Of a stretch of DNA of 33,140 nucleotides, positions 16,645 to 27,348 are shown piece after piece. Where the stretch lies: the NCBI GenBank assembly GCA_044338355.1, contig JBIILT010000001.1, positions 1 to 33,140 of the forward strand, given 5' to 3'. This stretch comes from Aquirufa sp. GTDB lineage: Bacteria; Bacteroidota; Bacteroidia; Cytophagales; Spirosomataceae. Within the stretch, counting starts at the first letter, position 1. Each line of letters opens with the position of its first letter. The notes beneath the pieces are model-generated. The model searched no databases. It was given only the letters and a program-made list of their open reading frames with translations, and was not told the DNA's origin. The translations under genes were made by a program, and so were the position numbers.

Positions 16645-19635
16645 ATGAAAAAATTACTTCTGGGCATAAGCTTACTCCTATTAGGTTGCCAAGATAAACA
16701 GCGGCCTAATCTCGCAAACACGCCTGAATTACAAAAAGCCTTGCAATCCATTCAGGTGTTGGACGGATTTGAAGTGGAGCTTGTCGCAGCAGAGCCTCTG
16801 GTGGAAGATCCCGTGGCCATGGAAATAGACGAAGATGGAAACTGGTACGTCGCAGAAATGCCGGGTTACCCATTGGATCTTAGCAAAAAGGGACAAATTC
16901 GAAAACTTATCGACACGAATGACGATGGCTATCCAGACAAAAGCATCGTCTTTGCAGACAGCCTTACGCTTCCCATGGGCGTCATGCGCTGGAAAAAAGG
17001 AATCCTAGTCGCTGATTCCCCTAATATCCTCTATTTCGAGGATACAGATGGGGATCAAAAGGCAGATAAAAGAGAGGTCGTACTGACCGGGTTTTCTTTA
17101 TCAAATCCACAACACAACATGAATACCCCGAAATTCGGGATAGATAACTGGATTTACTTGGGGCATTCGGGTGCGATCAACTCCTTTACGTATGAAGATA
17201 TTTTTGGGGATAAAGGGAAAGAAATTACGTTCCCGAACAAACCCGATGCCGCATTTTTACCTAAAAATGGAAACGGACGAAACGTTCGGTTTAAACCTGA
17301 TTCCTATCAGATAGAATCACTCTCGGGTGAAACACAATATGGGCACACGACGGATCCTTGGGGCCGACGGTTTTACACCGATAACGCGAATCATTTGTTC
17401 CATGAAGTTATTGATGCGCGCTATGTCAATGCGAACAAAAACCTAGTCATTGCAGAGGCGATGGAAAAAATTCCTGACCATGGAAATGCCTGTGAAATCT
17501 ATCCCATTTCCGAGAATCCGAATCATCAATTGTTAACAGATGTGGGGGTGGTAACTTCTAGTTGTGGAATCACGTGGTATGATGGTGGGGCGTTTGGTGA
17601 GAAATACAACAAGGTGACTTTCGTGGGAGAGCCAGTGCATAATTTGGTTCATGCAGATATTATCGAATCCCATGGGGCAACGTTTAAAGGGAAACGCTTG
17701 GTGGAGAAAAAGGAATTTTTGGCCTCAAAAGACCCCTGGTTTAGACCCGTTAATTTCTACGTAGGTCCAGATGGCGCCATGTATGTGGTGGATTATTACC
17801 GCCAATTAGTGGAGCATCCGGAGTGGATGTCGGAGGAGGTTAATAAAAGTGGCGCCTTGTATAATGGCTCGACTAAAGGCCGTATTTACCGCATCACGAA
17901 AAAAGGGTCGAAGGCAATGGATTGGATGAAATCTGTGAAGTTATCTACTAAATCTTCCGAGGATCTTGCTGAACTACTAACCCATGAAAACGGCTGGTAC
18001 CGTCGGACTGCGCAGCGTTTATTATTCCAGCGGGGAGACAAATCGGTCGCGCCGCAACTAAAGAAAATTGTTGCTAGGGATGAAAAATTAGGAGCGGTTC
18101 AGGCACTTTGGCTATTGCATGATTGGGGGATGGTGGATGCCAAAGATCTAGCGAATGCGCTGGGTTCTTCCACAGAGGGTATGCGCGAAAATGCCTTGCA
18201 AGTGGCCGATAGGCTCATTGATAAACCAGGGTTTGCGAAAAATGCCGACTTACAGAAACAACTAATAAGCTTAGCAGATGACCCATCTGCGCGCGTTCGA
18301 TTCCAATGGCTTTGTTCGTCAAGCTACATAGGACTACCTAATGCGGATCAGTTGCGGGCTAAAATTTTAGCTAAAGATATTGAAGACCCTTGGGCGGGAA
18401 TTGCGGCCATTGCTTCCTCGCAAGATAGCGAAGAAGAATTGCTAAAATCCTCCATTCGCACCTTAGGTGCAAGTCCTTCTACAGGCAAATCCACCATTTT
18501 TAGCTACCTCGCGGCGACGTTAGTTAAGAAGGGAGATCCTGCCTTCTTGTCTATAGCCATTGACCAAAATCCTTCGAATGACTGGTGGCAAGCTGCAATT
18601 TGGTATGGCGTTGCAACACTTATCAAAGAAGCAGGAGTGCCATTCCCGCTAGAAGAAAAACAAAAAGAGGCGCTGTTAGCATCGTTCATGCAGACAAACC
18701 AGCCTGAGCTTCGCACCTCTATTCTTTCGCTATTGAAATCTCTCGGACTTCCTAAAAACACGCACCAATTCGCTCTCGTAGAGCAACGATTTAGCCAATC
18801 AAAAGATACCCAATTTCAGCGAGATGCCTTGTCGCTGTTAGCCTTGCGTGGAGACGCAAAAACGCAAGCTAAATTAATCCAATACCTCTCTTCGAAAAGC
18901 CCCGTTCACTTGCAATTAGGAGCCATCGAATCCTTACCAAATACCTTAACTAAGGCCGATTTACAAAAGATAAATACCTATTATCCTTCGCTATCAGTAC
19001 CGGTAAAAAAAGCTTGGATTGCGTATTTACTAGAGCATGAAAATCAAGTGACCACCTTACTCCAAGAGGTAAAGAAAAACAATATAAAGCGTGCTGATTT
19101 AGCGTGGCCACAAATCGTGGACTTGATGAATTACTACGACACAGGCGTGCGTAAATTAGCCCGCTCGGTACTGGCTATATCGGAAGACCGAAAGGCCATC
19201 TTGCAAAATTACCTGCCAGCGGCAGAGAAGGTTGGAAATGCGGGAATGGGTCAAAAAGTCTTTGAAGCAAATTGTACTTCTTGCCACGCCATCAAAAATT
19301 TAAAGGGGGTGGATTTTGGCCCTAATTTAAATACCCTGAAAAGTAGAAACGCGCTCTCGATTATTACGGAAATTATTAACCCTAATAATTCCATTGCCGA
19401 TAAATATGGCCAGTGGAACATAGAATTAAATAATGGCACGCGTCTGACGGGAATTATTACTTCAGAGAACGATCAAACCATCGCAATAAAGTTAATGGGA
19501 GGAGTTATTCAAAACATCTCCAAATCGAACATAAAGTCTAAAAAAGACTTGCGCGTTTCGGCCATGCCGAATGGGCTAGAGTCGAACATCAGCGTGCAAG
19601 CGATGGCAGATTTATTGGCGTATATCAAGAAATAA
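16645..19635 (+). CDS. PVC-type heme-binding CxxCH lipoprotein (dehydrogenase-like propeller, HEAT-like repeats, cytochrome c)
   Basis: Lipobox LLG-C; GFEVELVAAEPLVEDPVAM; DPWFRPV..VGPDGAMYVVD; NCTSCH...GPNL; SAMPNGLE. Confidence 0.9.
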   Translation: MKKLLLGISLLLLGCQDKQRPNLANTPELQKALQSIQVLDGFEVELVAAEPLVEDPVAMEIDEDGNWYVAEMPGYPLDLSKKGQIRKLIDTNDDGYPDKSIVFADSLTLPMGVMRWKKGILVADSPNILYFEDTDGDQKADKREVVLTGFSLSNPQHNMNTPKFGIDNWIYLGHSGAINSFTYEDIFGDKGKEITFPNKPDAAFLPKNGNGRNVRFKPDSYQIESLSGETQYGHTTDPWGRRFYTDNANHLFHEVIDARYVNANKNLVIAEAMEKIPDHGNACEIYPISENPNHQLLTDVGVVTSSCGITWYDGGAFGEKYNKVTFVGEPVHNLVHADIIESHGATFKGKRLVEKKEFLASKDPWFRPVNFYVGPDGAMYVVDYYRQLVEHPEWMSEEVNKSGALYNGSTKGRIYRITKKGSKAMDWMKSVKLSTKSSEDLAELLTHENGWYRRTAQRLLFQRGDKSVAPQLKKIVARDEKLGAVQALWLLHDWGMVDAKDLANALGSSTEGMRENALQVADRLIDKPGFAKNADLQKQLISLADDPSARVRFQWLCSSSYIGLPNADQLRAKILAKDIEDPWAGIAAIASSQDSEEELLKSSIRTLGASPSTGKSTIFSYLAATLVKKGDPAFLSIAIDQNPSNDWWQAAIWYGVATLIKEAGVPFPLEEKQKEALLASFMQTNQPELRTSILSLLKSLGLPKNTHQFALVEQRFSQSKDTQFQRDALSLLALRGDAKTQAKLIQYLSSKSPVHLQLGAIESLPNTLTKADLQKINTYYPSLSVPVKKAWIAYLLEHENQVTTLLQEVKKNNIKRADLAWPQIVDLMNYYDTGVRKLARSVLAISEDRKAILQNYLPAAEKVGNAGMGQKVFEANCTSCHAIKNLKGVDFGPNLNTLKSRNALSIITEIINPNNSIADKYGQWNIELNNGTRLTGIITSENDQTIAIKLMGGVIQNISKSNIKSKKDLRVSAMPNGLESNISVQAMADLLAYIKK

Positions 19636-19787
19636 TGTAAGCCCGCTTTAGTGTGAACCCAGTTTAGCCTTCGTAACGGTGCCAAAGAATGGCGTATCCA
19701 TTGTCTCATTTAAACGCCAGCGGGGGAAATTTAAATTAGTAAACTATTTTTGGTTAATTTGATTCACCAAAACCTCCATAATCTCGT

Positions 19788-21377
19788 ATGAAAATTTTCG
19801 CACTACTCGTTTTTGTCTCGTTCGCAGGATTCGCACAAAACGCCTACAACCTCATTCCTTTGCCTAAAGAAGTTACACCTTCTGCAGGCCAATTTACCGT
19901 CAAAAAGTCTACGACCATTGGCTTTTCACATGCCGATTTCGCTCCCGTGGCTACTTTATTACAGGAATACTTGCAAGGAGCCAGCGGATATCCAATCACG
20001 GCAAAGTCAGCTAAATCAGCGGTCATTCAATTTTCGCAAAACAACACGTTAGGCGAAGAAGCTTACACGCTTTCCATCAATTCTTCTAAAATCAGCATTC
20101 AAGCAAAAACAGGAAAGGGCGCATTTTATGCCTTGCAAACCTTGCTGCAATTAATGCCTGCGCAAATCTATGCAGGGACAAAACTTGCGACAAACATCGC
20201 GATTCCAAACGTCCTAATAAAGGACGAACCTCGGTTTTCCTACCGTGGATTGATGCTCGACGTGGGCCGTTATTATTTTCCGGTCGCGTCGGTGAAACGT
20301 TTCATAGATTTAATGGCCGTTTATAAAATGAATACCTTTCATTGGCACTTAACAGAGGACCAAGGCTGGAGAATTGAAATCAAAAAGTATCCATTGTTGA
20401 CCTCGATTTCTTCTGTGCGCAAAGAAAGTATGTTGGGCCATTACGGGGACCAAAAATATGACGGAAAACCACATGGCGGATTTTACACCCAAGAGGAGGT
20501 AAAAGACATCGTCGCTTATGCGAAGAAAAAATTTATCGAGGTGATTCCTGAGATTGAAATGCCGGGCCATTCTCAGGCGGTTTTGGCTGCATATCCGCAA
20601 TTCGGGGCTAATGCAGATAAGCTCTATCAGGTAAAAACGAAGTGGGGCGTTTCAGAAGATGTGCTATTCCCAAGGGAGGAAACCTTTACGTTTTTGGAAG
20701 ACGTATTAACCGAGGTGATGGCACTTTTCCCAGGCCAATACATTCACATCGGTGGAGATGAATGCCCGAAAACGCAATGGAAAGAAAGTCGGTTCTGTCA
20801 AGATTTAATCAAGAAACTGGGCTTAAAAGATGAGCATGAATTGCAGAGTTACTTCATCCGTCGGATTGATAAATTCGTCACCTCAAAAGGCAAGAAACTT
20901 TTGGGTTGGGACGAAATATTAGAAGGCGGCCTTTCTCCGAATGCGATGGTCATGTCATGGCGTGGGACAAAAGGGGGAATAGAAGCTGCGAAGCAGAACC
21001 ATGATGTGGTGATGTCGCCTAATTCGTATTTCTATTTAGATTATTACCAAGCGGACCCTAAAACGGAGCCGCTAGCTATTGGTGGCTTGTTGCCATTGAG
21101 TAGAAGTTATTCATTTGAACCGAATCTTCCCGAATTAACGGCAGAAGAAGCCAAGCATGTGGTCGGTATCCAAGCGAATGTTTGGACGGAATACATTAGC
21201 AATATTGCTTACGCTGAATACATGACCTATCCACGTGCCTTAGCGCTTTCAGAAATAGCGTGGTCGGCAAAAGAATCGAAAAACTATGCTGATTTCAAAA
21301 AGCGTTTGACCGGCCATTTGCCAGCCATGGATGCCCAGAAAATTAACTATTCGAAAGCATTTTTAGCGCAGCCCTAG
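19788..21377 (+). CDS. GH20 beta-N-acetylhexosaminidase
   Basis: DEPRFSYRGLMLDVGR, HWHLTEDQGWR, HIGGDE catalytic motif and YLDYYQ, with a signal peptide. Confidence 0.96.
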   Translation: MKIFALLVFVSFAGFAQNAYNLIPLPKEVTPSAGQFTVKKSTTIGFSHADFAPVATLLQEYLQGASGYPITAKSAKSAVIQFSQNNTLGEEAYTLSINSSKISIQAKTGKGAFYALQTLLQLMPAQIYAGTKLATNIAIPNVLIKDEPRFSYRGLMLDVGRYYFPVASVKRFIDLMAVYKMNTFHWHLTEDQGWRIEIKKYPLLTSISSVRKESMLGHYGDQKYDGKPHGGFYTQEEVKDIVAYAKKKFIEVIPEIEMPGHSQAVLAAYPQFGANADKLYQVKTKWGVSEDVLFPREETFTFLEDVLTEVMALFPGQYIHIGGDECPKTQWKESRFCQDLIKKLGLKDEHELQSYFIRRIDKFVTSKGKKLLGWDEILEGGLSPNAMVMSWRGTKGGIEAAKQNHDVVMSPNSYFYLDYYQADPKTEPLAIGGLLPLSRSYSFEPNLPELTAEEAKHVVGIQANVWTEYISNIAYAEYMTYPRALALSEIAWSAKESKNYADFKKRLTGHLPAMDAQKINYSKAFLAQP

Positions 21378-21483
21378 ATTTTATCATGTGAAGTACCATG
21401 AAAAACAAATTAGGAGTTGAAGATTGGTGAATTAATCGCTCAACATTGGTAATTTTATACACTTATCAACAAACAAACTATAA

Positions 21484-22431
21484 ATGAATAAACTATTGGT
21501 GATTGGTGCGGGGGGTCAACTTGGATCCGAGCTCACCAAAGCCTTAGTCAATACACACGGTAGCGATGCGGTCATTGCAACAGATTTTCAGGAAAGTGTA
21601 AAATCTAAATTTGCCTATTGCCGCTTTCAAACCCTTGATGTATTAGACAAAGACGCTATTGCGAATTTGATACAAGAAGAAAAGATTACGCAGGTCTATC
21701 ATTTAGCTGCAATTCTTTCTGCTAACGGAGAGAAAAATCCCGTTCAGGCCTGGGATATTAACATGCGAGGTTTGTTAAATGTATTAGAATTAGCGAAAGA
21801 ATGTAAGCTGGATAAAGTGTTTTGGCCTAGTTCTATTGCTGTTTTTGGTCCAAATTCCCCTAAAACAAACACCCCTCAAGACGCCTTTAAAAATCCCACC
21901 ACAGTATATGGTATCTCTAAACTAGCCGGCGAACATTGGTGTGAATATTACTTTAATACCTACGGTGTAGACGTGAGAAGCCTACGTTTCCCAGGTCTAA
22001 TTGGCTATAAATCATTGCCAGGTGGTGGCACAACCGATTATGCTGTTGATATTTATTACAAAGCCGTAAACAAGGAGCCATTTACCTGCTTCCTTCAAAA
22101 GGACACGGCCCTGCCCATGATGTACATGGAGGATGCTGTGCAAGCTACCTTACAATTAATGGCTGCTCCTGCATCTAACATCCAAATCAGAACTAGTTAT
22201 AATCTATCTGGAATGAGTTTTTCGCCTCAAGAAATAGCGGAAAGTATTCGTTCTCACTACCCAGAATTTAGCATTCAATATGCACCAGATTTCAGACAAA
22301 AAATCGCAGATTCGTGGCCATCGAGTATCAATGATGACTGCGCTAGAAACGACTGGGGTTGGAAAGCCTCTTTTGGCCTAGCTGAAATGACGGCTGAAAT
22401 TATCACTAAACTACCACAACATTTAAAGTAA
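21484..22431 (+). CDS. tdh: L-threonine 3-dehydrogenase (SDR / NAD-dependent epimerase type)
   Basis: [20 protein letters not shown] and [10 protein letters not shown] motifs; lies 7 nt upstream of kbl. Confidence 0.88.
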   Translation: MNKLLVIGAGGQLGSELTKALVNTHGSDAVIATDFQESVKSKFAYCRFQTLDVLDKDAIANLIQEEKITQVYHLAAILSANGEKNPVQAWDINMRGLLNVLELAKECKLDKVFWPSSIAVFGPNSPKTNTPQDAFKNPTTVYGISKLAGEHWCEYYFNTYGVDVRSLRFPGLIGYKSLPGGGTTDYAVDIYYKAVNKEPFTCFLQKDTALPMMYMEDAVQATLQLMAAPASNIQIRTSYNLSGMSFSPQEIAESIRSHYPEFSIQYAPDFRQKIADSWPSSINDDCARNDWGWKASFGLAEMTAEIITKLPQHLK

Positions 22432-22438
22432 ACGAGCC

Positions 22439-23632
22439 ATGTACGAACAATACAAGTCCTTCATCACGAAAGAAATTGATTCCATCAAGGAAGCTGGATT
22501 ATACAAAAAAGAGCGTGTCATTACCTCTCCACAATCTGCCGAAATTACCATTCAAGGCGGCGAAAAAGTGTATAATTTTTGTGCGAATAACTACTTAGGA
22601 CTTTCTTCGCATCCTGCCGTCATTCAAGCAGCGAAAGACGCGATTGATACCCATGGGTTTGGGCTGTCTTCTGTTCGCTTTATTTGTGGAACACAGGATA
22701 TTCACAAAACCTTAGAAGAAAAAATTTCGACCTTTTTGGGGACTGAAGATACGATCTTATATGCTGCTGCTTTTGATGCCAATGGGGGTGTTTTTGAGCC
22801 CTTATTAGGCGAGAAAGATGCGATTATTTCTGATGCGTTAAACCACGCTTCCATTATCGATGGCATCCGATTATGTAAGTCGATGCGCTACCGATATGAG
22901 CACAATTCGATGGACGATTTAGAGGCTAAGTTAAAGCAAGCGGTGGCGGATGGGGCCATTCAAAAAATGATTGTCACAGACAGCGTTTTTTCGATGGATG
23001 GCACCATTGCTCAATTAGATAAAATCGTCGAATTAGCGGAAAAATACGAGGCCTTGATTATGATCGATGAGTGTCACTCTTCTGGCTTCATGGGAAAGAC
23101 AGGACGTGGCGTGCACGAACTAAAAGGGGTGATGGGTAAAATCGATATCATTACCGGTACGCTAGGTAAAGCTTTGGGCGGAGCATCTGGAGGATTTACA
23201 TCCGGACGCAAGGAAATCATCGATTTATTAAGACAGCGATCTAGACCTTATTTATTTTCAAATACTTTAGCGCCATCCATTACTGGTGCATCGATTGCTG
23301 TATTTGATATCTTGTCTAAAACAACAGAATTGCGCGATAAGCTGGAAGAAAATACGGCCTATTTCCGGGAGAGAATTGTCGCTGCAGGTTTCGATATCAA
23401 ACCCGGCGAACACCCGATCATCCCGATCATGTTATATGATGCGATTATCTCACAAAAAATGGCGGAAAAGCTGTTGGAAAAAGGAATTTATGTGATTGGT
23501 TTTTACTATCCAGTGGTGGCGAAAGGACAAGCTCGAATTCGGGTGCAAATTTCTGCAGGACATACTAGGGAACAATTAGATCACGCGATTGCCTCCTTCA
23601 CCAGTGTTGGTAAGGAGCTGGGGGTAATTTAA
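22439..23632 (+). CDS. kbl: Glycine C-acetyltransferase (2-amino-3-ketobutyrate CoA ligase)
   Basis: [32 protein letters not shown] (PLP Lys), [12 protein letters not shown] and ARIRVQIS. Confidence 0.97.
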   Translation: MYEQYKSFITKEIDSIKEAGLYKKERVITSPQSAEITIQGGEKVYNFCANNYLGLSSHPAVIQAAKDAIDTHGFGLSSVRFICGTQDIHKTLEEKISTFLGTEDTILYAAAFDANGGVFEPLLGEKDAIISDALNHASIIDGIRLCKSMRYRYEHNSMDDLEAKLKQAVADGAIQKMIVTDSVFSMDGTIAQLDKIVELAEKYEALIMIDECHSSGFMGKTGRGVHELKGVMGKIDIITGTLGKALGGASGGFTSGRKEIIDLLRQRSRPYLFSNTLAPSITGASIAVFDILSKTTELRDKLEENTAYFRERIVAAGFDIKPGEHPIIPIMLYDAIISQKMAEKLLEKGIYVIGFYYPVVAKGQARIRVQISAGHTREQLDHAIASFTSVGKELGVI

Positions 23633-23663
23633 CGTTATCCATTACCCCCCCCCCCGTTATCCA
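23620..23663. repeat. Hairpin + C11 tract flanked by a 9-bp direct repeat
   Basis: Stem GGGGGTAAT (23620-23628)/ATTACCCCC (23641-23649); C11 at 23645-23655; CGTTATCCA at 23633-23641 and 23655-23663. Confidence 0.7.
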
Positions 23664-23675
23664 AGTGTTTACAAG

Positions 23676-25220
23676 TTACTTAATCTTCCAGACTGAAACT
23701 TGAAAGGGTTTCAAGGTGTTTTTGCGTTGCAAAAATTGGTTTTTCCCCATCAAATTAGGGGTCGCGCTGCGAAAATCACCATAGACGAATTCTTGCGTTT
23801 GATCAGATAAATTAACTGATACTAGCATCGTATTATCCCCTTCTTTTCTATAAAAACTATACACCTCGCTATTAGAATTGGAAACATTTTCGTGCTTGCC
23901 ACTAACAAAGGCGCTATAGCTTTGCTTCAATTTAATTACTTGCTTATAATAATTAAACAATGAATTGGGGTCCTTCATTTGTTCCTCTAACGAAATCCCA
24001 TCATTCGGTTTCAGATTTGCATTTGTCCACCAGTTTCCGGTGTTTTTATACCAAAATGACATTCCTTTCCCTTCCCCTGATTGATACCAGTCAAAGGCTT
24101 CACGCAGACCAATATCATTCCCATCCGTACCTCCATACGAATATACTTTGCCTTGCATGCCTATCTCTTGGCCATAATAAATAGAAGGAATCCCCCCTAT
24201 AAGTAACATCAGTGCCGCAGCGGCTTTTTGTTTCTCTAGGTTCGGCGCTAAAGTCGAAAATCGATTTAGATCGTGGTTTTCAATGAAAATAAGTTGATCT
24301 TTCCCTTTGGGTGTTTTATTCAAGATAATATCTGCATTCTTGATTAATTGCTGTTTGTCAAAAGATAAAATAGCCGTCTTTAATCCGAATCCAAACATCC
24401 TATCAACCGTCGCTTTTTCGAAGTATTCGAATCCATAGTCATTCCAATCTGCTTGCTCTGCGACAATGGTAATTTTAGGATTTACTTTTTTGATTTCGGC
24501 AATTAATGGTTTCCAAAATTCAGAGAAAAGATTAGTAAGCTTAGGTTTAGAATCTAAATGATCCATGGCATGATCTAATCTAAATCCATCTACGCCATCA
24601 TTGAACTTGCCATCTTGATTAGGATCAATGAAATAAGAAAACAGTTTGATATTGTAATCTAATACTTTAGGACTCTTTAAATTTACCGTGGTCGCCTTGA
24701 TTACTTTGCCATCAAACCCTTTTAATTCCTTTAGATCAAAAACCATGGTGGAAGGTACTTGATGCTTCTCGTCATCGAACAAAATATAGTCACTGTATTT
24801 TGAATTAAGGTTTCCTACGGCATCCTTCCACCACAAATGTTCTGATGTTACATATTGGGTTTCCATATCCATATAGAGCTTCATTCCTCTTTTATGAATG
24901 TCTTTGACTAATTCAATGTAGTCCTCCATCGTCCCAAATTCTGGATCTATTTTCTCAAAATCACTCGCAAAATAATTGTGGTAACAATCCGCTTCATAAA
25001 GAGGTAAGAGCAAGATGGACGTAACCCCAAGGTCTTGGAGGTAATCTAATTTTAAACGCAAACCATTTAGGTCGCCATTGTTATCTCCATTGCTATCATA
25101 AAAACTTCGCTGAAAAACATGGTAAATTACTTCCCCTTTAGTGATCTTTGGTTTAGTAGTTTGTGCCCAAATAAGGTTGCTTATTGTCATTAAAAGGCAT
25201 AATACAAGGTATTTTTTCAT
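23676..25220 (-). CDS. GH13 alpha-amylase family glycoside hydrolase
   Basis: RSFYDSNGD..GDL.G, DGFRLD (nucleophile), AE (acid/base), FIENHD and YYGQEIGM, with a signal peptide. Confidence 0.92.
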   Translation of the reverse strand: MKKYLVLCLLMTISNLIWAQTTKPKITKGEVIYHVFQRSFYDSNGDNNGDLNGLRLKLDYLQDLGVTSILLLPLYEADCYHNYFASDFEKIDPEFGTMEDYIELVKDIHKRGMKLYMDMETQYVTSEHLWWKDAVGNLNSKYSDYILFDDEKHQVPSTMVFDLKELKGFDGKVIKATTVNLKSPKVLDYNIKLFSYFIDPNQDGKFNDGVDGFRLDHAMDHLDSKPKLTNLFSEFWKPLIAEIKKVNPKITIVAEQADWNDYGFEYFEKATVDRMFGFGLKTAILSFDKQQLIKNADIILNKTPKGKDQLIFIENHDLNRFSTLAPNLEKQKAAAALMLLIGGIPSIYYGQEIGMQGKVYSYGGTDGNDIGLREAFDWYQSGEGKGMSFWYKNTGNWWTNANLKPNDGISLEEQMKDPNSLFNYYKQVIKLKQSYSAFVSGKHENVSNSNSEVYSFYRKEGDNTMLVSVNLSDQTQEFVYGDFRSATPNLMGKNQFLQRKNTLKPFQVSVWKIK

Positions 25221-25231
25221 TATAGATCGGA

Positions 25232-27151
25232 TTAAAAACTGGTTTGTCTCAAGATGGTTTTATTGAATGGAATTAAAGTGATATTCTGTATTTGATTCGT
25301 CGATTGGTTTATGGCATTCATGGTGATTTGGCCATTCGTGAAAGTTGCTTGATTCGCTTCTATGAATTTAAACCGAGTGGTTTCTGTAGGCTTATACATG
25401 ATATCATCAAAATTAGGATAATACGATTTCCCCTTCATCTCTAAAGCGTCAATAGGTTTTGCGAAAAATAAAGCCCCATGGCGAACATATTTTTCCTTAT
25501 TTAAATCTTCTTTTATTTGAATGTCAGCCTTAAATGCCATTTCAATTACGTCCTCTTTTGCAAATGGCCTGTCGAAAACTAAGAAGCCATTTTCAAGCGT
25601 ATATTTCTCTTTAGTATACACCTCCATCGCCCATTCAGGTTTTCTAATCTTAACTTTGAAAGAAGCATTGCCAGGATTTGAAATTTTAAAGGCAAAGGAA
25701 TTTTGAAAAGGATACTCGGTGATAGTTTCTATTGTTACGCTCTGATTATTTACGCTCGTTTGAAGGATATTAGGCATTAAAAGCACATTGACTAACGTGT
25801 TCGCGTTTTCTTTCAGCCACGCTTTTTCTAAAAAATAAGGTGTGATTCTTCCCGCATTGGGATTGCAACAAACTGCAGCATCTTGATGAGCTGGAGAGTA
25901 TTTGTATCTAGTTTGCTTTCTATTTGCTTCCTCTTCCCCATTTCTGGTGCCTAACATTTCGAACGAATTATCTGTTTTTAGATAGGCTATACAGGAATAA
26001 TTAGGGTTTCTTGAGCCTTGCGCGGCATTGTAAAAAATGGTTTCAATCGCTTCTGCAGTTTGGGGATTACCTTGTTTTTGAAACAAAACAGTGTAGCTAT
26101 CCACTAATTCGTGTAAGGAGCAATACTCATACCCGGTGGTAGCCGCATTCGCATATCTTTCGGAAATCCACTCATCCCCGGTGGCACCGCCAGTAGGTGT
26201 TGTCGTCTTCTCTATTCTTTGTAGGTAGATAGCTAGGGCAGATTTAATTTCTTTGTTATAGGAAGCATACGCTGCCACAATTAAGGGGCGTAAATGCTCA
26301 TAGGTATGAACCCCATGGCTGGATAATTTGTATGTCGGATTTAAAATAGAGGCTAGTTGAACGTCCTTTTCTGACTGATGCGTTTTACTAAAATCTTGGT
26401 ACAGAAATAAGGCGTAATCGGTATATTTTTTATTTCCTGTAATTTGATACATTTTATCTAAGACATCTGTAAATGTCAAGCCATGGGAAACTCCTCCGTT
26501 GAATTCTTTTCCGGATGAAAACGGACTAGACTTATAGATCGGATAATTTGTCATGACATTGTGAACCGCTTTCTCAATCGCTTTCCATACTGTTTTATCC
26601 TTTGAATATTCATAATATGCCAAAAGGCCTCTATACATCGTTGCCTTAGACCATAATTCTCCATTTTCCGTATTGAATTTATACCTCAACTCTTGATCAT
26701 AAATGCCAATGTATCCATCTTCGTCTTGTGTTTTCAACACCCTTTGAATATACTTTTCTACTTTATTTAGGCCTGCCTTATCATTTAAAAGAATGACATT
26801 TCTAATGTACCCATCCCACCAGTTAGATTGGGTTTCACTGTTCCACCATTTGTATTGCTCTGAACCTTCTGTGTCACCTTCTTTATTGTTCCCTAAATCC
26901 TTCATTTTTGAGTTTTTATGCAAACGAGCTGAACTATAGATGGGATCATTCATTAAATCAGGGACGATAACATCTAAATTCCCTACAAATCCTTCCACAT
27001 CTTTTTGCATTTGTGTTTTGATCCAGCCGGCAGGTTTTACACTTCCAAAGGGAAGTATTTGGTATTTTTCATTCCCCTTAATCGTGGATTCGGTTTGTGA
27101 TTTCACAAAGAAAAAAGCAAGCATGAATAACATGAGATAAATTTTCTTCAT
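25232..27151 (-). CDS. GH127/GH146-like beta-L-arabinofuranosidase domain protein
   Basis: VKPAGWI, QDEDGYIG, HGV, YEYC and CCNPN (Zn/Cys site of HypBA1-like enzymes), TEYPF, IRKPEW. Confidence 0.8.
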   Translation of the reverse strand: MKKIYLMLFMLAFFFVKSQTESTIKGNEKYQILPFGSVKPAGWIKTQMQKDVEGFVGNLDVIVPDLMNDPIYSSARLHKNSKMKDLGNNKEGDTEGSEQYKWWNSETQSNWWDGYIRNVILLNDKAGLNKVEKYIQRVLKTQDEDGYIGIYDQELRYKFNTENGELWSKATMYRGLLAYYEYSKDKTVWKAIEKAVHNVMTNYPIYKSSPFSSGKEFNGGVSHGLTFTDVLDKMYQITGNKKYTDYALFLYQDFSKTHQSEKDVQLASILNPTYKLSSHGVHTYEHLRPLIVAAYASYNKEIKSALAIYLQRIEKTTTPTGGATGDEWISERYANAATTGYEYCSLHELVDSYTVLFQKQGNPQTAEAIETIFYNAAQGSRNPNYSCIAYLKTDNSFEMLGTRNGEEEANRKQTRYKYSPAHQDAAVCCNPNAGRITPYFLEKAWLKENANTLVNVLLMPNILQTSVNNQSVTIETITEYPFQNSFAFKISNPGNASFKVKIRKPEWAMEVYTKEKYTLENGFLVFDRPFAKEDVIEMAFKADIQIKEDLNKEKYVRHGALFFAKPIDALEMKGKSYYPNFDDIMYKPTETTRFKFIEANQATFTNGQITMNAINQSTNQIQNITLIPFNKTILRQTSF

Positions 27152-27348
27152 GGGTAATTAGGATAGAGTTTGATGTAAGTAAGTTTACTTCTAGAGGTTG
27201 ATTTTCATATCGAGAAGAATGCTTGCCTCTTTTTTATAGTTCAAAATTATTTATTCAACATTGATTGGATTAACATAAATTTGTTAAACTATAAGACAAT
27301 ATTGAATTCTAATTGAATTTAATGATCAATTTAAGTTTATATTAAGCC

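Noticed and set aside
98-19635. PVC-type cytochrome/DUF1501 proteins as a novel system or recent transfer from Planctomycetes
   Set aside because: These families are common in Cytophagales; nothing in the window suggests recent acquisition.
23645-23655. C11 tract as a phase-variation switch
   Set aside because: It lies between two convergent 3' ends, not in a promoter or reading frame; kept only as a junction marker.
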